From contig JBOEGF010000008.1 in assembly GCA_050633305.1 (NCBI GenBank), forward strand, positions 256,001 to 320,000: a DNA stretch of 64,000 bases. The letters run 5' to 3'. A program made the position numbers and the translations under genes. The notes beneath the pieces were generated by a model. It saw only the letters and a list, made by a program, of their open reading frames with translations. It was not told where the DNA came from and ran no database searches. Source of the stretch: Nannocystales bacterium (GTDB taxonomy: Bacteria > Myxococcota_A > Polyangia > Nannocystales > Nannocystaceae). Of the stretch, positions 1 through 8,837 are shown piece after piece (the first letter of the stretch is position 1; each line of letters opens with the position of its first letter).

Positions 1-1004
1 CACAGGGTCACGAGCCCAAAGTCCAAGTTGGGAAGCAATCCGTGCTGCTCGCGTGCGACGTCGATGAATCGGGCTGCCCGCCGCTTTGCAGCGCCCGCAA
101 GGGCCCTTTCAAGCAGTGCAACACCACGGGGATCGCCATGTGGATACAGCGTGTGGCCGAACCCGGGCAACTCCCCATCGCGCTCCGAGACCCTCGCCAG
201 GATCCGCGAGACTGAGCCGGGCTGCTCGAGCATGGCGCAAACGCGCTGTGCATGACCGCCGTGGTTCCTCCCCGACAGTGCACCCAGGCCCGCCGACACC
301 ACCATTGGAATCGACGCGCCGGCCGAAGCCACGCACCGCGCGGTGAAGGCCGACACGTTCAACCCGTGGTCCGAACACAGCACCAACGCGGCGTCGATCG
401 GCTCGGCACTCGGTGTTCCCCAACCCCGTGCCAGTTGCTCAGCAATCGGATCGAGTGAGGGCGCGCTCTGACACACCTCGGCGACCAGCCGCCGAAGCAC
501 CGCCGCCCCCACGCGCCGAACCGAGCCAGGATTCAAACTCCGCGCGGCTGGATCGTGGACATCGTCCTCGGCGAGCCGCTGTTGCATGCGTGCGAGCAAC
601 GGCAGGTTCGAGGTCCGGCCGCGTCGGCGGGAGGGAAGGACGTCCTGCGGCCATGCCCCCCACAACAGCGCGACGACATCCTCGAACGAGCTGTTGTCCG
701 CGAGCTCGACCAGGTCGCGCCCCCGGACGAACACCCGGCCCGACTCGATGCATGTGATCGCGGACTGGAGAACCGGAAGCCCGCGCATTCCGAGCGTCGC
801 TTTGGCCGCCCCCCGAGGGTCCCGGCGGGCATGTTTTCCCGCCTTGAGTCGCTCCACATCGGACCGCAAGTACTGGTGCCTTCTCGAACCGGAGACCGCC
901 CGAGACCGAACAAGCCCCCGAGAGACATAGGCGTACAGCGTCGCCTTCTGCACATCGAGCATGGCGACGGCCTGATCCGCGGAGAGATATCGGGAGCCAC
1001 TCAT
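1..1004 (-). CDS. Citrate synthase-like protein with N-terminal HTH (excisionase/MerR-like); 3' end runs off the window
   Basis: Absent from the ORF track; translated by hand from ATG at 1004: MSGSRYLSADQAVAMLDVQKATLYAYVSRGLVRS (HTH). The same frame later reads DHGLNVSAFTARCVASAG, NHGG, LPGFGHTLYPHGDPR, PNLDFG (citrate synthase motifs). Confidence 0.85.
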   Translation of the reverse strand, partial: MSGSRYLSADQAVAMLDVQKATLYAYVSRGLVRSRAVSGSRRHQYLRSDVERLKAGKHARRDPRGAAKATLGMRGLPVLQSAITCIESGRVFVRGRDLVELADNSSFEDVVALLWGAWPQDVLPSRRRGRTSNLPLLARMQQRLAEDDVHDPAARSLNPGSVRRVGAAVLRRLVAEVCQSAPSLDPIAEQLARGWGTPSAEPIDAALVLCSDHGLNVSAFTARCVASAGASIPMVVSAGLGALSGRNHGGHAQRVCAMLEQPGSVSRILARVSERDGELPGFGHTLYPHGDPRGVALLERALAGAAKRRAARFIDVAREQHGLLPNLDFGLVTL

Positions 1005-1029
1005 GTTGATTGCTGAATCAACGTTGACA
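1005..1029. promoter_or_regulatory. Palindrome GTTGATT-GCTG-AATCAAC next to a TTGACA hexamer; candidate operator
   Basis: Perfect 7-bp inverted repeat at 1005-1022 and TTGACA at 1024-1029, in the 54-bp gap between divergent genes. Confidence 0.6.
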
Positions 1030-1058
1030 GCCTCTCGGAGCACGCACAAGGTCCAAAC

Positions 1059-2159
1059 GTGAAACCGCAGATGGCACCCCCTGGTTTGGAGGGGGTCGTC
1101 GTCGGCGAGTCACGCTTGAGTCGGGTTGACGGCATGGCCGGAACCCTGACCCTGGCGGGCTATGCCGTCGAGGACCTCGCACCACAATCGAGCTTTGAGC
1201 AGGTCGTCCACCTGCTGTGGCATGACGCGCTCCCGGCGGGCTTGCAGTGGACCCGCCAGTTCTCCTCCCACCGTGGGATCCCGGACGCCGTCCTGGAAGT
1301 GTTGCGAACGGCGGCGGATCGGAACGCCACCCCCATGACTGCGCTTCGACTCGGCATCGCAGCTCTGGGATTGCACGACCCCTGTGAGCTTCGCCTCGTC
1401 GCATCCACACCGACACTCGTCGCGTCCTACGATCGACTCCGGCGCGGCCTGGATCCGATCGCGCCGGATCCGGAGCTTGGATTCGCAGCGGACGCTCTGC
1501 GCATGCGCACCGGAGAAGCGCCAACCCCCGCTCAGACACGAGCGCTCAACACTTACCTGTGTACCGTCGTGGACCACGGGCTCAACGCGTCGGCCTTCGC
1601 CGCTCGGGTGGTCGCCAGCACAGGCGCCGCGATGTCATCCTGCGTCGAGGCGGGAGTGTGCGCCCTCGAAGGGCCGTTGCACGGCGGCGCACCCGGCCCC
1701 GCACTCACCGCACTCCTCGAACTTCGGGCGGCCGGCGGCGACCTGGCCAAGGCCACCACGGCGTGGGTCCGGGACCAGCTCGGAGCCGGGCAACGCATCA
1801 TGGGGTTCGGACACCGCGTCTATCGCGTCCGCGACCCAAGGTCAGTCGTCCTACGGAATGCCGCGGCCGCCTTGCTTGGCGACGCGGCCTTGCTTCGCGA
1901 TGCCGAGGTCCACGAGCGTGCCGTCCTCGAGACCCTCGCACAACTCAAGCCGGGCCGACCGATTGCGACCAACGTCGAGTTCGCCACTGCCCTGCTGCTG
2001 CACGCGCTCGGCTTGCCGGACGACTTGTTCACGGCGGTCTTCGCGATGGCTCGGACCGCCGGCTGGATCGCGCACGCACGCGAGCAGCGAGCCCGCGGTC
2101 GACTCATCCGGCCGAGGTTGGCCTACGCAGGAGCCGAGGGTCGCCGTGTCCACGCGTGA
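1059..2159 (+). CDS. Citrate synthase / 2-methylcitrate synthase family protein
   Basis: GLEGVV, DHGLNASAFAARVVASTG, GPLHGGA, MGFGHRVY...DPR, NVEF, RLIRP motifs. Confidence 0.92.
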   Translation: MKPQMAPPGLEGVVVGESRLSRVDGMAGTLTLAGYAVEDLAPQSSFEQVVHLLWHDALPAGLQWTRQFSSHRGIPDAVLEVLRTAADRNATPMTALRLGIAALGLHDPCELRLVASTPTLVASYDRLRRGLDPIAPDPELGFAADALRMRTGEAPTPAQTRALNTYLCTVVDHGLNASAFAARVVASTGAAMSSCVEAGVCALEGPLHGGAPGPALTALLELRAAGGDLAKATTAWVRDQLGAGQRIMGFGHRVYRVRDPRSVVLRNAAAALLGDAALLRDAEVHERAVLETLAQLKPGRPIATNVEFATALLLHALGLPDDLFTAVFAMARTAGWIAHAREQRARGRLIRPRLAYAGAEGRRVHA

Positions 2160-2187
2160 GCTCCACCAAGCGAGCTAGGGGGCGTCC

Positions 2188-2508
2188 CTAGAGACTCCGG
2201 ATCTCGTTGCACTCCTGGAGAACCTCGTAGTTCTTCGCGTCGCGCATGCACTTGAGACGCTTGACCCACGGGCCTTTCCCAAACTCGGGTTCCTTCGTGG
2301 CGGCCGCGATGCATCCTTTTTCGAGCTGCGCCAGCGTCTCCTCGGTCGCCTTCGCCCCCTTGGACTCCAGCTCCGCCTTGCTGACCTCCACGACGTTCTC
2401 GCAGACGGAGTCCGCCGAGGGTGGACTGAGCCAGCCGAAGTAGAAGATGGCGATCGCTGCGATGAGCGTCGCGAAGATGCCCCCCATGACCTTCAGTGCG
2501 GTCTTCAT
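2188..2508 (-). CDS. Hypothetical small membrane-anchored protein with 4 Cys
   Basis: MKTALKVMGG start, hydrophobic N-terminal helix, helical Cys-containing domain. Confidence 0.65.
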   Translation of the reverse strand: MKTALKVMGGIFATLIAAIAIFYFGWLSPPSADSVCENVVEVSKAELESKGAKATEETLAQLEKGCIAAATKEPEFGKGPWVKRLKCMRDAKNYEVLQECNEIRSL

Positions 2509-2561
2509 GCACCCCAAGACGAACACCCCCCGAAGCTGTCGTCCCTGGGGAGTGTCTTTTT

Positions 2562-5500
2562 CTACCGACTGCGGCGACGGGCCTTGAGGGTCTCGTCGTG
2601 CTCCTCACCGCGCAACACCACGAGACGCCGCAGGACGGAGCCGTACAACCGCTTGGCATACGCGCGCTTCCCCAAGTCCCACGCGAGGTCGGCCCGAATC
2701 AGGACAGCGTCGGTGACCTGGGCCGAGTCCTGCCCGTACGCCCCGGCGAACGAGACATGAGCATCATCGCGCAGCTTGAGCGCAGCCTCTGGGTCGCCCG
2801 CAGCTTCTTCCAGCACCGCCAGATCGTGCTGACAACGCGACCTCAGCGGGCCAAACCCCGCCTGCGTGTCCACGAGACGGAGCACCGAGAGCTGCGTGAG
2901 CCGGGCGCCCTCCACGTCCCCGTGCTCGTGCTGCGCATCCGCCAAAGCGCGGAGGCCTTCGACCCGCCGGATGTCGTCGGGCTCGAGCGCAGCGTCGAGG
3001 ATTGCCAATGCTTCCCGTGCGAGCTCGCGTGCATGCTTGGTGTCGCCCTCAGTGCGCGCCAGCGTTGAGAGTCGGAGCAGCGGATACGCACGCCACCGGC
3101 CGACGTAGTGGAACACCTTCGCCTGCTCGTACGCTTTCGCAGCGGCGTCACGATCCCCCTTTGCGGCCAAGACGTCTCCGAGCAGCAGCATCCCTGTCCC
3201 CCGATCAGCGTCGTGTCTCGCCGTCGAAAAGAGCACGAGATCATCGACGCTGCGCCGGGCGAGCCTCTCAGCATCCTCGAGACGTCCTTGGGCCAGGGCG
3301 ACCTCCGCCGCGACGCGCACCGCCGCGATGCTCTGGAGGTCGTGACGACCCAAGGTCACCTGCAAGATGGATAGCCCCGCCTCCGCCGCAGCGCGAGCAT
3401 CATCGAGCATCCCCAAAGACAAACCGACCTGAGCAAGGCGGACATGCACCCCGCCGACCTTCGGGTGTGTCTTGCTGTAGAGCTTTTCGTGCAGCTCGAG
3501 CGTCGACTCCAGCAGGGTCTGGGCCCGCTCATACTCACCGAAGCTGTACACCACATCCGCTTCGGCCAGCATCACGTCCGCCGTCACAGAGGCGTCACCC
3601 AATCGCTCGACGAACGCCCCGGTCACCCGCCGCCACCGCTGCACGTGAGTCGCGTTGACCAGGTGGGTTCCTTGGAGACGCAGAAGGTGAGTCGCCGCCA
3701 CGCCGCGGACCCACGCAGCGTCAGCGCCCTCTGCAATCGCCACCGCTTCGAGCAGCGCCTCGATCGCCGCATCGATCTCGTGCCGACTCTCCAGGATCTC
3801 GCCGTGCGCGACGAGGGCATCCGCCAACAATGGGCCATGCCCGATCGCACGAGCTTGCTCGACGGCGGCCGCGGCGACCGACGTCGCCTTGGTGAGCGAA
3901 CCGAGCCAACCCAGGGCGCGGGCGCCTGCGATATCCGCCGCCGCGAGCTTCACTCGGCCGTGTTGCGTCGCCGGGGGAGTCGGAGGCATCGCCAACAACC
4001 GCGGTTGGCGCCCGCACGCGCGGACGTCGGGCAACCGGTACGCCGCACTGGCAGCCGCTCGTTCCAACGCCTGTGCATTCTGTTGGGTCGCCGTTGCTAC
4101 CAAGGCGTCAAACTCCGCCCGCGCCTGTGCGAGGCACCTCGTCTGTACCTCCGCGAGGTCTGGGGCCGCCAGCGGGTCGCACAGTGGCCTGGCCAGCTCG
4201 GCATAGTCCCGCCCCCACCGGTCCAACAGGGGAACGGTCCGGGACTCAACATCGTCCGCATCGTCCGTTCGCCCCAGCGCTGCGATGAGCGCGGCGCGGC
4301 GCGGTTCATTCCAGACCCCATCAACCGTCTCCGCCCTCGTTTCACACGCGACATCCGGCCCCGGTTCGACCGGGGCAACCGCCACCGGATCGTCGACCGC
4401 CTCGACGAGCGCCACGCGATCGGTCTGTGGAGGTGCCGCCGCTTCCTTCGCCATCCACCGAAGCACACCGACGCTCGCCGCCGCACCGACCGCCATTGCC
4501 CCAACCACGGCCGCGCTCCGCCGCCCCAGCCCGCGGTCCCGCTCCAGGACCCGAAGCAGCACGGACATCGACGCGTGGCGCCGACCCGCCTCCACCGACA
4601 GGCCGGTTTGCAGGGCGTCCCGAAGCCAACGGGGAACACTCCGAGGCACCGGGTTCATGCGGCCGAGCGTGACCGATGCCGCCAGCGCGGGAAGGGTTCT
4701 CCCCTCGAACGGTCTGCTGCCCGTCAACGCTTCATACAAGGCCACGCAAAAGGCGAACTGATCCGAGCGCGCGTCGGCCAGCGCTCCGTTCCACTGCTCA
4801 GGGGCCATGTACGCGGGCGTACCCACCACCGCGCCCTGACGCGTCAGGCCATCGATCGTCATCGTGGTGCTGTGCGCCTGCTTCGGCTCGGGCGCTCCTG
4901 CAGCCCAGCGAACCGAAGGACGCGCGAGCCCGAAGTCGGCCACCCGCGCACGCCCATCCGATCCCAGCATCACGTTCTCGGGCTTGAAGTCGCGGTGCAC
5001 AATTCCCACCGCATGCGCCGCTTCGAGACCTCGACCTGCCTGCACAAAGACCTTCAGCAGCGCATCGCGGGTTCGTGTTTGCTGCTTCAACCACGCGCCG
5101 AGCGTGAGTCCATCGACGCGCTCCATCGCGACGAAAACCTGACGTCCCGCTCTCCCAGCATCATGCACAGTGACGACGTTGGGATGGGCCAGCTGCGCCA
5201 TCGAGCGGGCCTCACGGAGCAGTCGCGCGCCGTCCGGACCTTCGGCAACGTGGGGGTGCAGCAGCTTGATCGCGACGCTGCGGTGCAGCTGCGGGTCGTG
5301 GGCCTCGAACACCATGCCCATTGCGCCGGAGCCGAGCCGTCGTCCCAGCTGGTACCGGCCGACATAGACGGCCTCGGGCGAGGGCAGGGTCGCCACTTCG
5401 ACCAACGTCTGCGCGTCCACGGGACGTGGGGGCACACCATGACTGGCCTGGCTCGAGGCGAACAGCCGCGCCATCTCGGAGACCACCTCCGCACACGACG

Positions 5501-5600
5501 AGCACGTATCGATGTGCCCTTCGATCCCCAATCGCGTGCCCCACGGCAGGGTGCCGCGCACGAACGCGTCGAGCACCTCAGGGTCGGGACACTGCGCCAC
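2562..5600 (-). CDS. Ser/Thr protein kinase with N-terminal zinc-finger-like motif, TM segment and C-terminal TPR-like repeats
   Basis: HIDTCSSC; GSGAMG, VAIK, HRDFKPEN, DFG, GTPAYMAPE, SDQFAFC; helical repeat C-terminus. GTG start at 5600 inferred. Confidence 0.9.
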   Translation of the reverse strand: MAQCPDPEVLDAFVRGTLPWGTRLGIEGHIDTCSSCAEVVSEMARLFASSQASHGVPPRPVDAQTLVEVATLPSPEAVYVGRYQLGRRLGSGAMGMVFEAHDPQLHRSVAIKLLHPHVAEGPDGARLLREARSMAQLAHPNVVTVHDAGRAGRQVFVAMERVDGLTLGAWLKQQTRTRDALLKVFVQAGRGLEAAHAVGIVHRDFKPENVMLGSDGRARVADFGLARPSVRWAAGAPEPKQAHSTTMTIDGLTRQGAVVGTPAYMAPEQWNGALADARSDQFAFCVALYEALTGSRPFEGRTLPALAASVTLGRMNPVPRSVPRWLRDALQTGLSVEAGRRHASMSVLLRVLERDRGLGRRSAAVVGAMAVGAAASVGVLRWMAKEAAAPPQTDRVALVEAVDDPVAVAPVEPGPDVACETRAETVDGVWNEPRRAALIAALGRTDDADDVESRTVPLLDRWGRDYAELARPLCDPLAAPDLAEVQTRCLAQARAEFDALVATATQQNAQALERAAASAAYRLPDVRACGRQPRLLAMPPTPPATQHGRVKLAAADIAGARALGWLGSLTKATSVAAAAVEQARAIGHGPLLADALVAHGEILESRHEIDAAIEALLEAVAIAEGADAAWVRGVAATHLLRLQGTHLVNATHVQRWRRVTGAFVERLGDASVTADVMLAEADVVYSFGEYERAQTLLESTLELHEKLYSKTHPKVGGVHVRLAQVGLSLGMLDDARAAAEAGLSILQVTLGRHDLQSIAAVRVAAEVALAQGRLEDAERLARRSVDDLVLFSTARHDADRGTGMLLLGDVLAAKGDRDAAAKAYEQAKVFHYVGRWRAYPLLRLSTLARTEGDTKHARELAREALAILDAALEPDDIRRVEGLRALADAQHEHGDVEGARLTQLSVLRLVDTQAGFGPLRSRCQHDLAVLEEAAGDPEAALKLRDDAHVSFAGAYGQDSAQVTDAVLIRADLAWDLGKRAYAKRLYGSVLRRLVVLRGEEHDETLKARRRSR

Positions 5601-5642
5601 CGCAGCCCAGGCTACACGAAGCTCCGTGGTACCTTCGAGTCG

Positions 5643-6449
5643 ATGGACACGGCCACCCGGCAGCGGCTCGAAGAGCAGGTCCGTGAACACGGTTTGACCC
5701 CGGAGCCCGCCCTCATCGACGCAGTCCTGGCCCCGATCGTAGCGCAAACCGCCGACTCGGACTCGGTCGCGCTCGGCGACCTGTACCTCGCAGTGGCGTG
5801 CTCGCACGGCGACGGCGCCGCGCTGCGTCGCTTCGAAACCCTCTACGGGCCCACCTTCGACCGCGCGATCCGTCGCTCGCCGAAGCTCCGGGTCAATCCC
5901 GACGAGTTCCGCCAGCTCGTCCTCGACCGTCTGTTCGTCGCCCCACAGGGCTCCGCGCCTCGCATCGCTCAGTACCAGGGCCGTGGCTCGCTCGAAGGGT
6001 GGCTTCGGGTGATGACCACCCGATTGGTCATCGACCTCTCACGCGCCCGCAAACGCCCCGAGGCTGTCGGCGATGAGACGCTGGTCGAGCGGATGAGCGA
6101 CGGGCAGAACACCGAGGTCGCCGTACTCCGACACGCGTATGGACCCGCCCTCGAACAAGCCTTCAGCCGAGGCTTGGCCGCCCTCGAAGTTCGGCAACGC
6201 AACCTCCTGCGTCAGCGTTATCTGCACGACGTCTCCGGCGATGCTCTCGCCAAGCTATACGGCATCCACCGAGCCACCATGTTCGGATGGCTGGACAAGG
6301 CCCGGACCGCGCTTCTGTTCGAGGTCCGTCAGGCGTTGGCCGCCGCCGTCCCTGGAGATCAGCTCGAGAGCGTGGTCGGAATGCTCGGCAGCGAGCTCCA
6401 CGTCAGCGTGCGCCGGCTGTTGGACTCACAGCTCGAAACAGAAGCTTAG
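5643..6449 (+). CDS. Myxococcales-type sigma-70 (ECF-like) factor
   Basis: DLYLAVACSHGD, IAQYQGRGSLEGWLRV (region 2-like), RQRNLLRQRY...LAKLYGIHRAT (region 4 HTH). This is the 3' part of track ORF 3444..6449. Confidence 0.8.
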   Translation: MDTATRQRLEEQVREHGLTPEPALIDAVLAPIVAQTADSDSVALGDLYLAVACSHGDGAALRRFETLYGPTFDRAIRRSPKLRVNPDEFRQLVLDRLFVAPQGSAPRIAQYQGRGSLEGWLRVMTTRLVIDLSRARKRPEAVGDETLVERMSDGQNTEVAVLRHAYGPALEQAFSRGLAALEVRQRNLLRQRYLHDVSGDALAKLYGIHRATMFGWLDKARTALLFEVRQALAAAVPGDQLESVVGMLGSELHVSVRRLLDSQLETEA

Positions 6450-6478
6450 GGACGCCACCCAGATCTCGAAGGTGCGGC

Positions 6479-6907
6479 CTAGGACTCCGCCAGTTTCGCC
6501 GCACCCCGCAGAAGGTCCCGTGCGACGCGGTTCATCAGCGGCCGCAGAACGAGGCCGCTGAGAGGAATGATCGGCCGAAAGCGGATACACCAAGTCGCGC
6601 GCGCGCCCCCAGGCGTCTCCACCACGGTGACCTCACCGCGGTGGTCCCGGATCGGTGCGCCCCGCAGGAGCACATAGACGTAGCGGCTGGGGGCATCCCA
6701 CTCGACGACCTCTTCGACGATCGTCGGGCCGACTGCTTTGACGTGTCGAATGGCGCCCAGACCATTGCGCTCCTCTCGCCCCGGGGGATTGAGCGTGACC
6801 GAGCGGACCGCGGGGAACCAGCGCGGCATGGACTCGTGGTCGGTCAGCACCTCCCACATGCGTTGGGCGGTGGCCGAGGTGTTGAGGCTCTGCTCGACAA
6901 CGATCAC
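6479..6907 (-). CDS. SRPBCC (polyketide cyclase/dehydrase-like) family protein
   Basis: WEVLTDHESMPRW, GLGAIR, EEVVEWD; typical ~140 aa length. Confidence 0.8.
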   Translation of the reverse strand: MIVVEQSLNTSATAQRMWEVLTDHESMPRWFPAVRSVTLNPPGREERNGLGAIRHVKAVGPTIVEEVVEWDAPSRYVYVLLRGAPIRDHRGEVTVVETPGGARATWCIRFRPIIPLSGLVLRPLMNRVARDLLRGAAKLAES

Positions 6908-7100
6908 CGCAGCACTTTGCGCACCCGCGCCGAAACCGTCAAACCACGCCGACCGGCGTCACCCGTCCCCGCAGCCGTGTGCTCCAGCGTCGACTCAGGA
7001 CCCCCTTGCGACGCCATGCAACGCGCACGCGGCCCCGCACCGTCCCTTCGAGATCCGCTTGCGCGCGGGTGCGCCTGCACGTCAATCTGCGCCGTCCGTC

Positions 7101-7805
7101 ATGGTCGCCGCCACCCTCTACCAGTTCGCGCTCTGCCCCTTCTGCAACAAGGTGCGCGCGGGATTGCATCTCAAAGGCATCGCCTTCGACGAGGTCGAGG
7201 TGAGCCCGCGTTCCAAAGTCGAGCTCCCGACTCTCCCGCAGGACGCACCACGCAAGGTTCCGGTGCTCAAAGTTGGCGACGATGTGGTTTGGGACTCCAC
7301 GCGCATCCTCGCGTTCCTCGATGAGGCCTACCCCAAGACGATCTCGTTCACCCCGACGGACGCCACCGCGCGTGCGCGCGCCGAGGCTCTCGAAGCTTGG
7401 GTGGACGACACCTTCATCGAGTCACTTCCGCCGGTCTTGTACGGGACCTGGCGCGAAGCTGCACAGGCCTCGAAGCTCATCGCCAAACACAGTCGGTTTG
7501 GCGCAACTGAGGGTGTCATGGTCAAGCTCGGCGGACCGCTGATCATGCACGCGGTCGCGAAGCGCATCCTCAAACGAAACGACCGCACCGACGCTCATGC
7601 TTGGGTGAGCGAGAACCTCGATCACTTTGAGGCCGAGTTGGGCGAGCAAGCGTTCGTCTGCGGCGACACGTTGAGCGTCGCCGATGTCGCCATGCACGGC
7701 GCATTGACCTGCATCGAGCCGTTCCCGATCTTTGACAGTGTACGCAGCCGAAGACGACTGTTCGCCTGGTTCGAACGCGTCGAAGCGATGAAGCCGGCCG
7801 GATAG
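7101..7805 (+). CDS. Glutathione S-transferase family protein (prostaglandin E synthase 2-like, CPFC motif)
   Basis: LYQFALCPFCNKVR, KVPVL, DSTRI, LSVADVAMHG. Confidence 0.85.
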   Translation: MVAATLYQFALCPFCNKVRAGLHLKGIAFDEVEVSPRSKVELPTLPQDAPRKVPVLKVGDDVVWDSTRILAFLDEAYPKTISFTPTDATARARAEALEAWVDDTFIESLPPVLYGTWREAAQASKLIAKHSRFGATEGVMVKLGGPLIMHAVAKRILKRNDRTDAHAWVSENLDHFEAELGEQAFVCGDTLSVADVAMHGALTCIEPFPIFDSVRSRRRLFAWFERVEAMKPAG

Positions 7806-7907
7806 CTTGGCCGTCCGCCACGCCCCCGCCCCCGTGCAACGAGGGCCCAATGGCCCTCAGAAGCCCGATCTGGGCGATCCGTCACAGGACCGGTCACATC
7901 CCCCGAG

Positions 7908-8435
7908 TTGTGCATCCAACAACTCGTGCAGGACGCGCTCACCGTCGGCTTCGGCCGGAAGTACGTGCCGGGTTGGAACTCCGCCGAGTCTGCGTGGCTC
8001 ATCGAGTCCTCGTCGGCGACGCTCGCCGAGCGCATGTGCTCTCTGCCTGCCCGAGAGGCGGAGCGCTGGATCCGGCTCGCGGAGATCGAAGTCTCCGCGC
8101 GCGTCGAGCGTCGACTGTTGGACCACGACGTCCTGGTTCTGGTTCACCGTGTTCAGCAGCCCTCGTTCTGCGCGTCGCCCGACGCGGTGCCGCTCAGTGA
8201 TCTGCGAGCACCGGTCGAGGAGGAGCTGACCTTCCTCGAAGAAGCCCGCGGTTGGATCGAGATCGAGGTGCGGACCGCCAGCGGTGCGCCAGCTGCCGGC
8301 GTGCGCTACGAACTGCTGTTGCCCGGCGGCGACGTCCTGCGTGGGCGCACGGACTCCGGCGGATTCATTCGCCACGAGCCGCACGAGCAGCATGGCGACT
8401 GCGAGATTCGGTTTCCCGAAGTCGACCAGGGCTGA
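7908..8435 (+). CDS. Hypothetical protein with C-terminal beta-sandwich-like segment
   Basis: WIEIEVRTASGAPAAGVRYELLLPGGDVLRGRTDSGG; start codon uncertain (TTG 7908 or GTG 7926). Confidence 0.55.
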   Translation: MCIQQLVQDALTVGFGRKYVPGWNSAESAWLIESSSATLAERMCSLPAREAERWIRLAEIEVSARVERRLLDHDVLVLVHRVQQPSFCASPDAVPLSDLRAPVEEELTFLEEARGWIEIEVRTASGAPAAGVRYELLLPGGDVLRGRTDSGGFIRHEPHEQHGDCEIRFPEVDQG

Positions 8436-8603
8436 TGAAGCCGTACTGTCCGAACGGCACGAGTCGCCCCCCCCGGACCGAAGCAGAGCCCCCCAAACGG
8501 CTCTAGACGACAGATCCCGGGATCGTACGTGGTCGGCGCGGAACGCCTAGCGGGGAAACCAGGACCTGTGAGCTCCCAACGCGGGGCTCCCGCCAATCCC
8601 CCC

Positions 8604-8631
8604 TTGCATCCCTCCGTGCAGCGCGTAGGAT
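8604..8631 (+). promoter_or_regulatory. Putative sigma70 promoter for the thrS leader
   Basis: TTGCAT (8604-8609), 16-nt spacer, TAGGAT (8626-8631), with the leader ATG starting at 8638. Confidence 0.45.
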
Positions 8632-8637
8632 GAGGCC

Positions 8638-8685
8638 ATGTTCTCGCTGAGCACGACGACGACGACGACTATCGACACGGCCTAG
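8638..8685 (+). CDS. Thr-rich attenuator leader peptide MFSLSTTTTTTIDTA
   Basis: ATG TTC TCG CTG AGC ACG ACG ACG ACG ACG ACT ATC GAC ACG GCC TAG: six consecutive Thr codons, ending about 150 bp upstream of thrS. Confidence 0.85.
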   Translation: MFSLSTTTTTTIDTA

Positions 8686-8713
8686 GCCGGTGTGGTCTCG
8701 CTTGCTCGCTTGC

Positions 8714-8742
8714 AAAGACCCCCGGCACCCCGGGGGTTTTTT
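8714..8742 (+). terminator. Attenuator (intrinsic terminator) in the thrS leader
   Basis: ACCCCCGG-CACC-CCGGGGGT followed by a T-run; its 5' arm can pair alternatively with CCGGTGTGGTCT (8687-8698). Confidence 0.85.
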
Positions 8743-8837
8743 CGTATCTGCACGCTTTTCGCGGCTCACGCTTCCCGCCCCCCCTTTCCTTTCCCCGCTT
8801 CGCTCAACCGCCTACGTTCCGCACCAGGACGCCCGCC

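Noticed and set aside
1006..1021. FNR/CRP-type box
   Set aside because: The spacing is TTGAT-N6-ATCAA rather than N4, so it is treated as a different operator.
3444..5642. N-terminal ~730 aa of the 1001-aa + strand ORF
   Set aside because: Antisense shadow of the kinase-TPR gene; only the part from ATG 5643 resembles a real protein.
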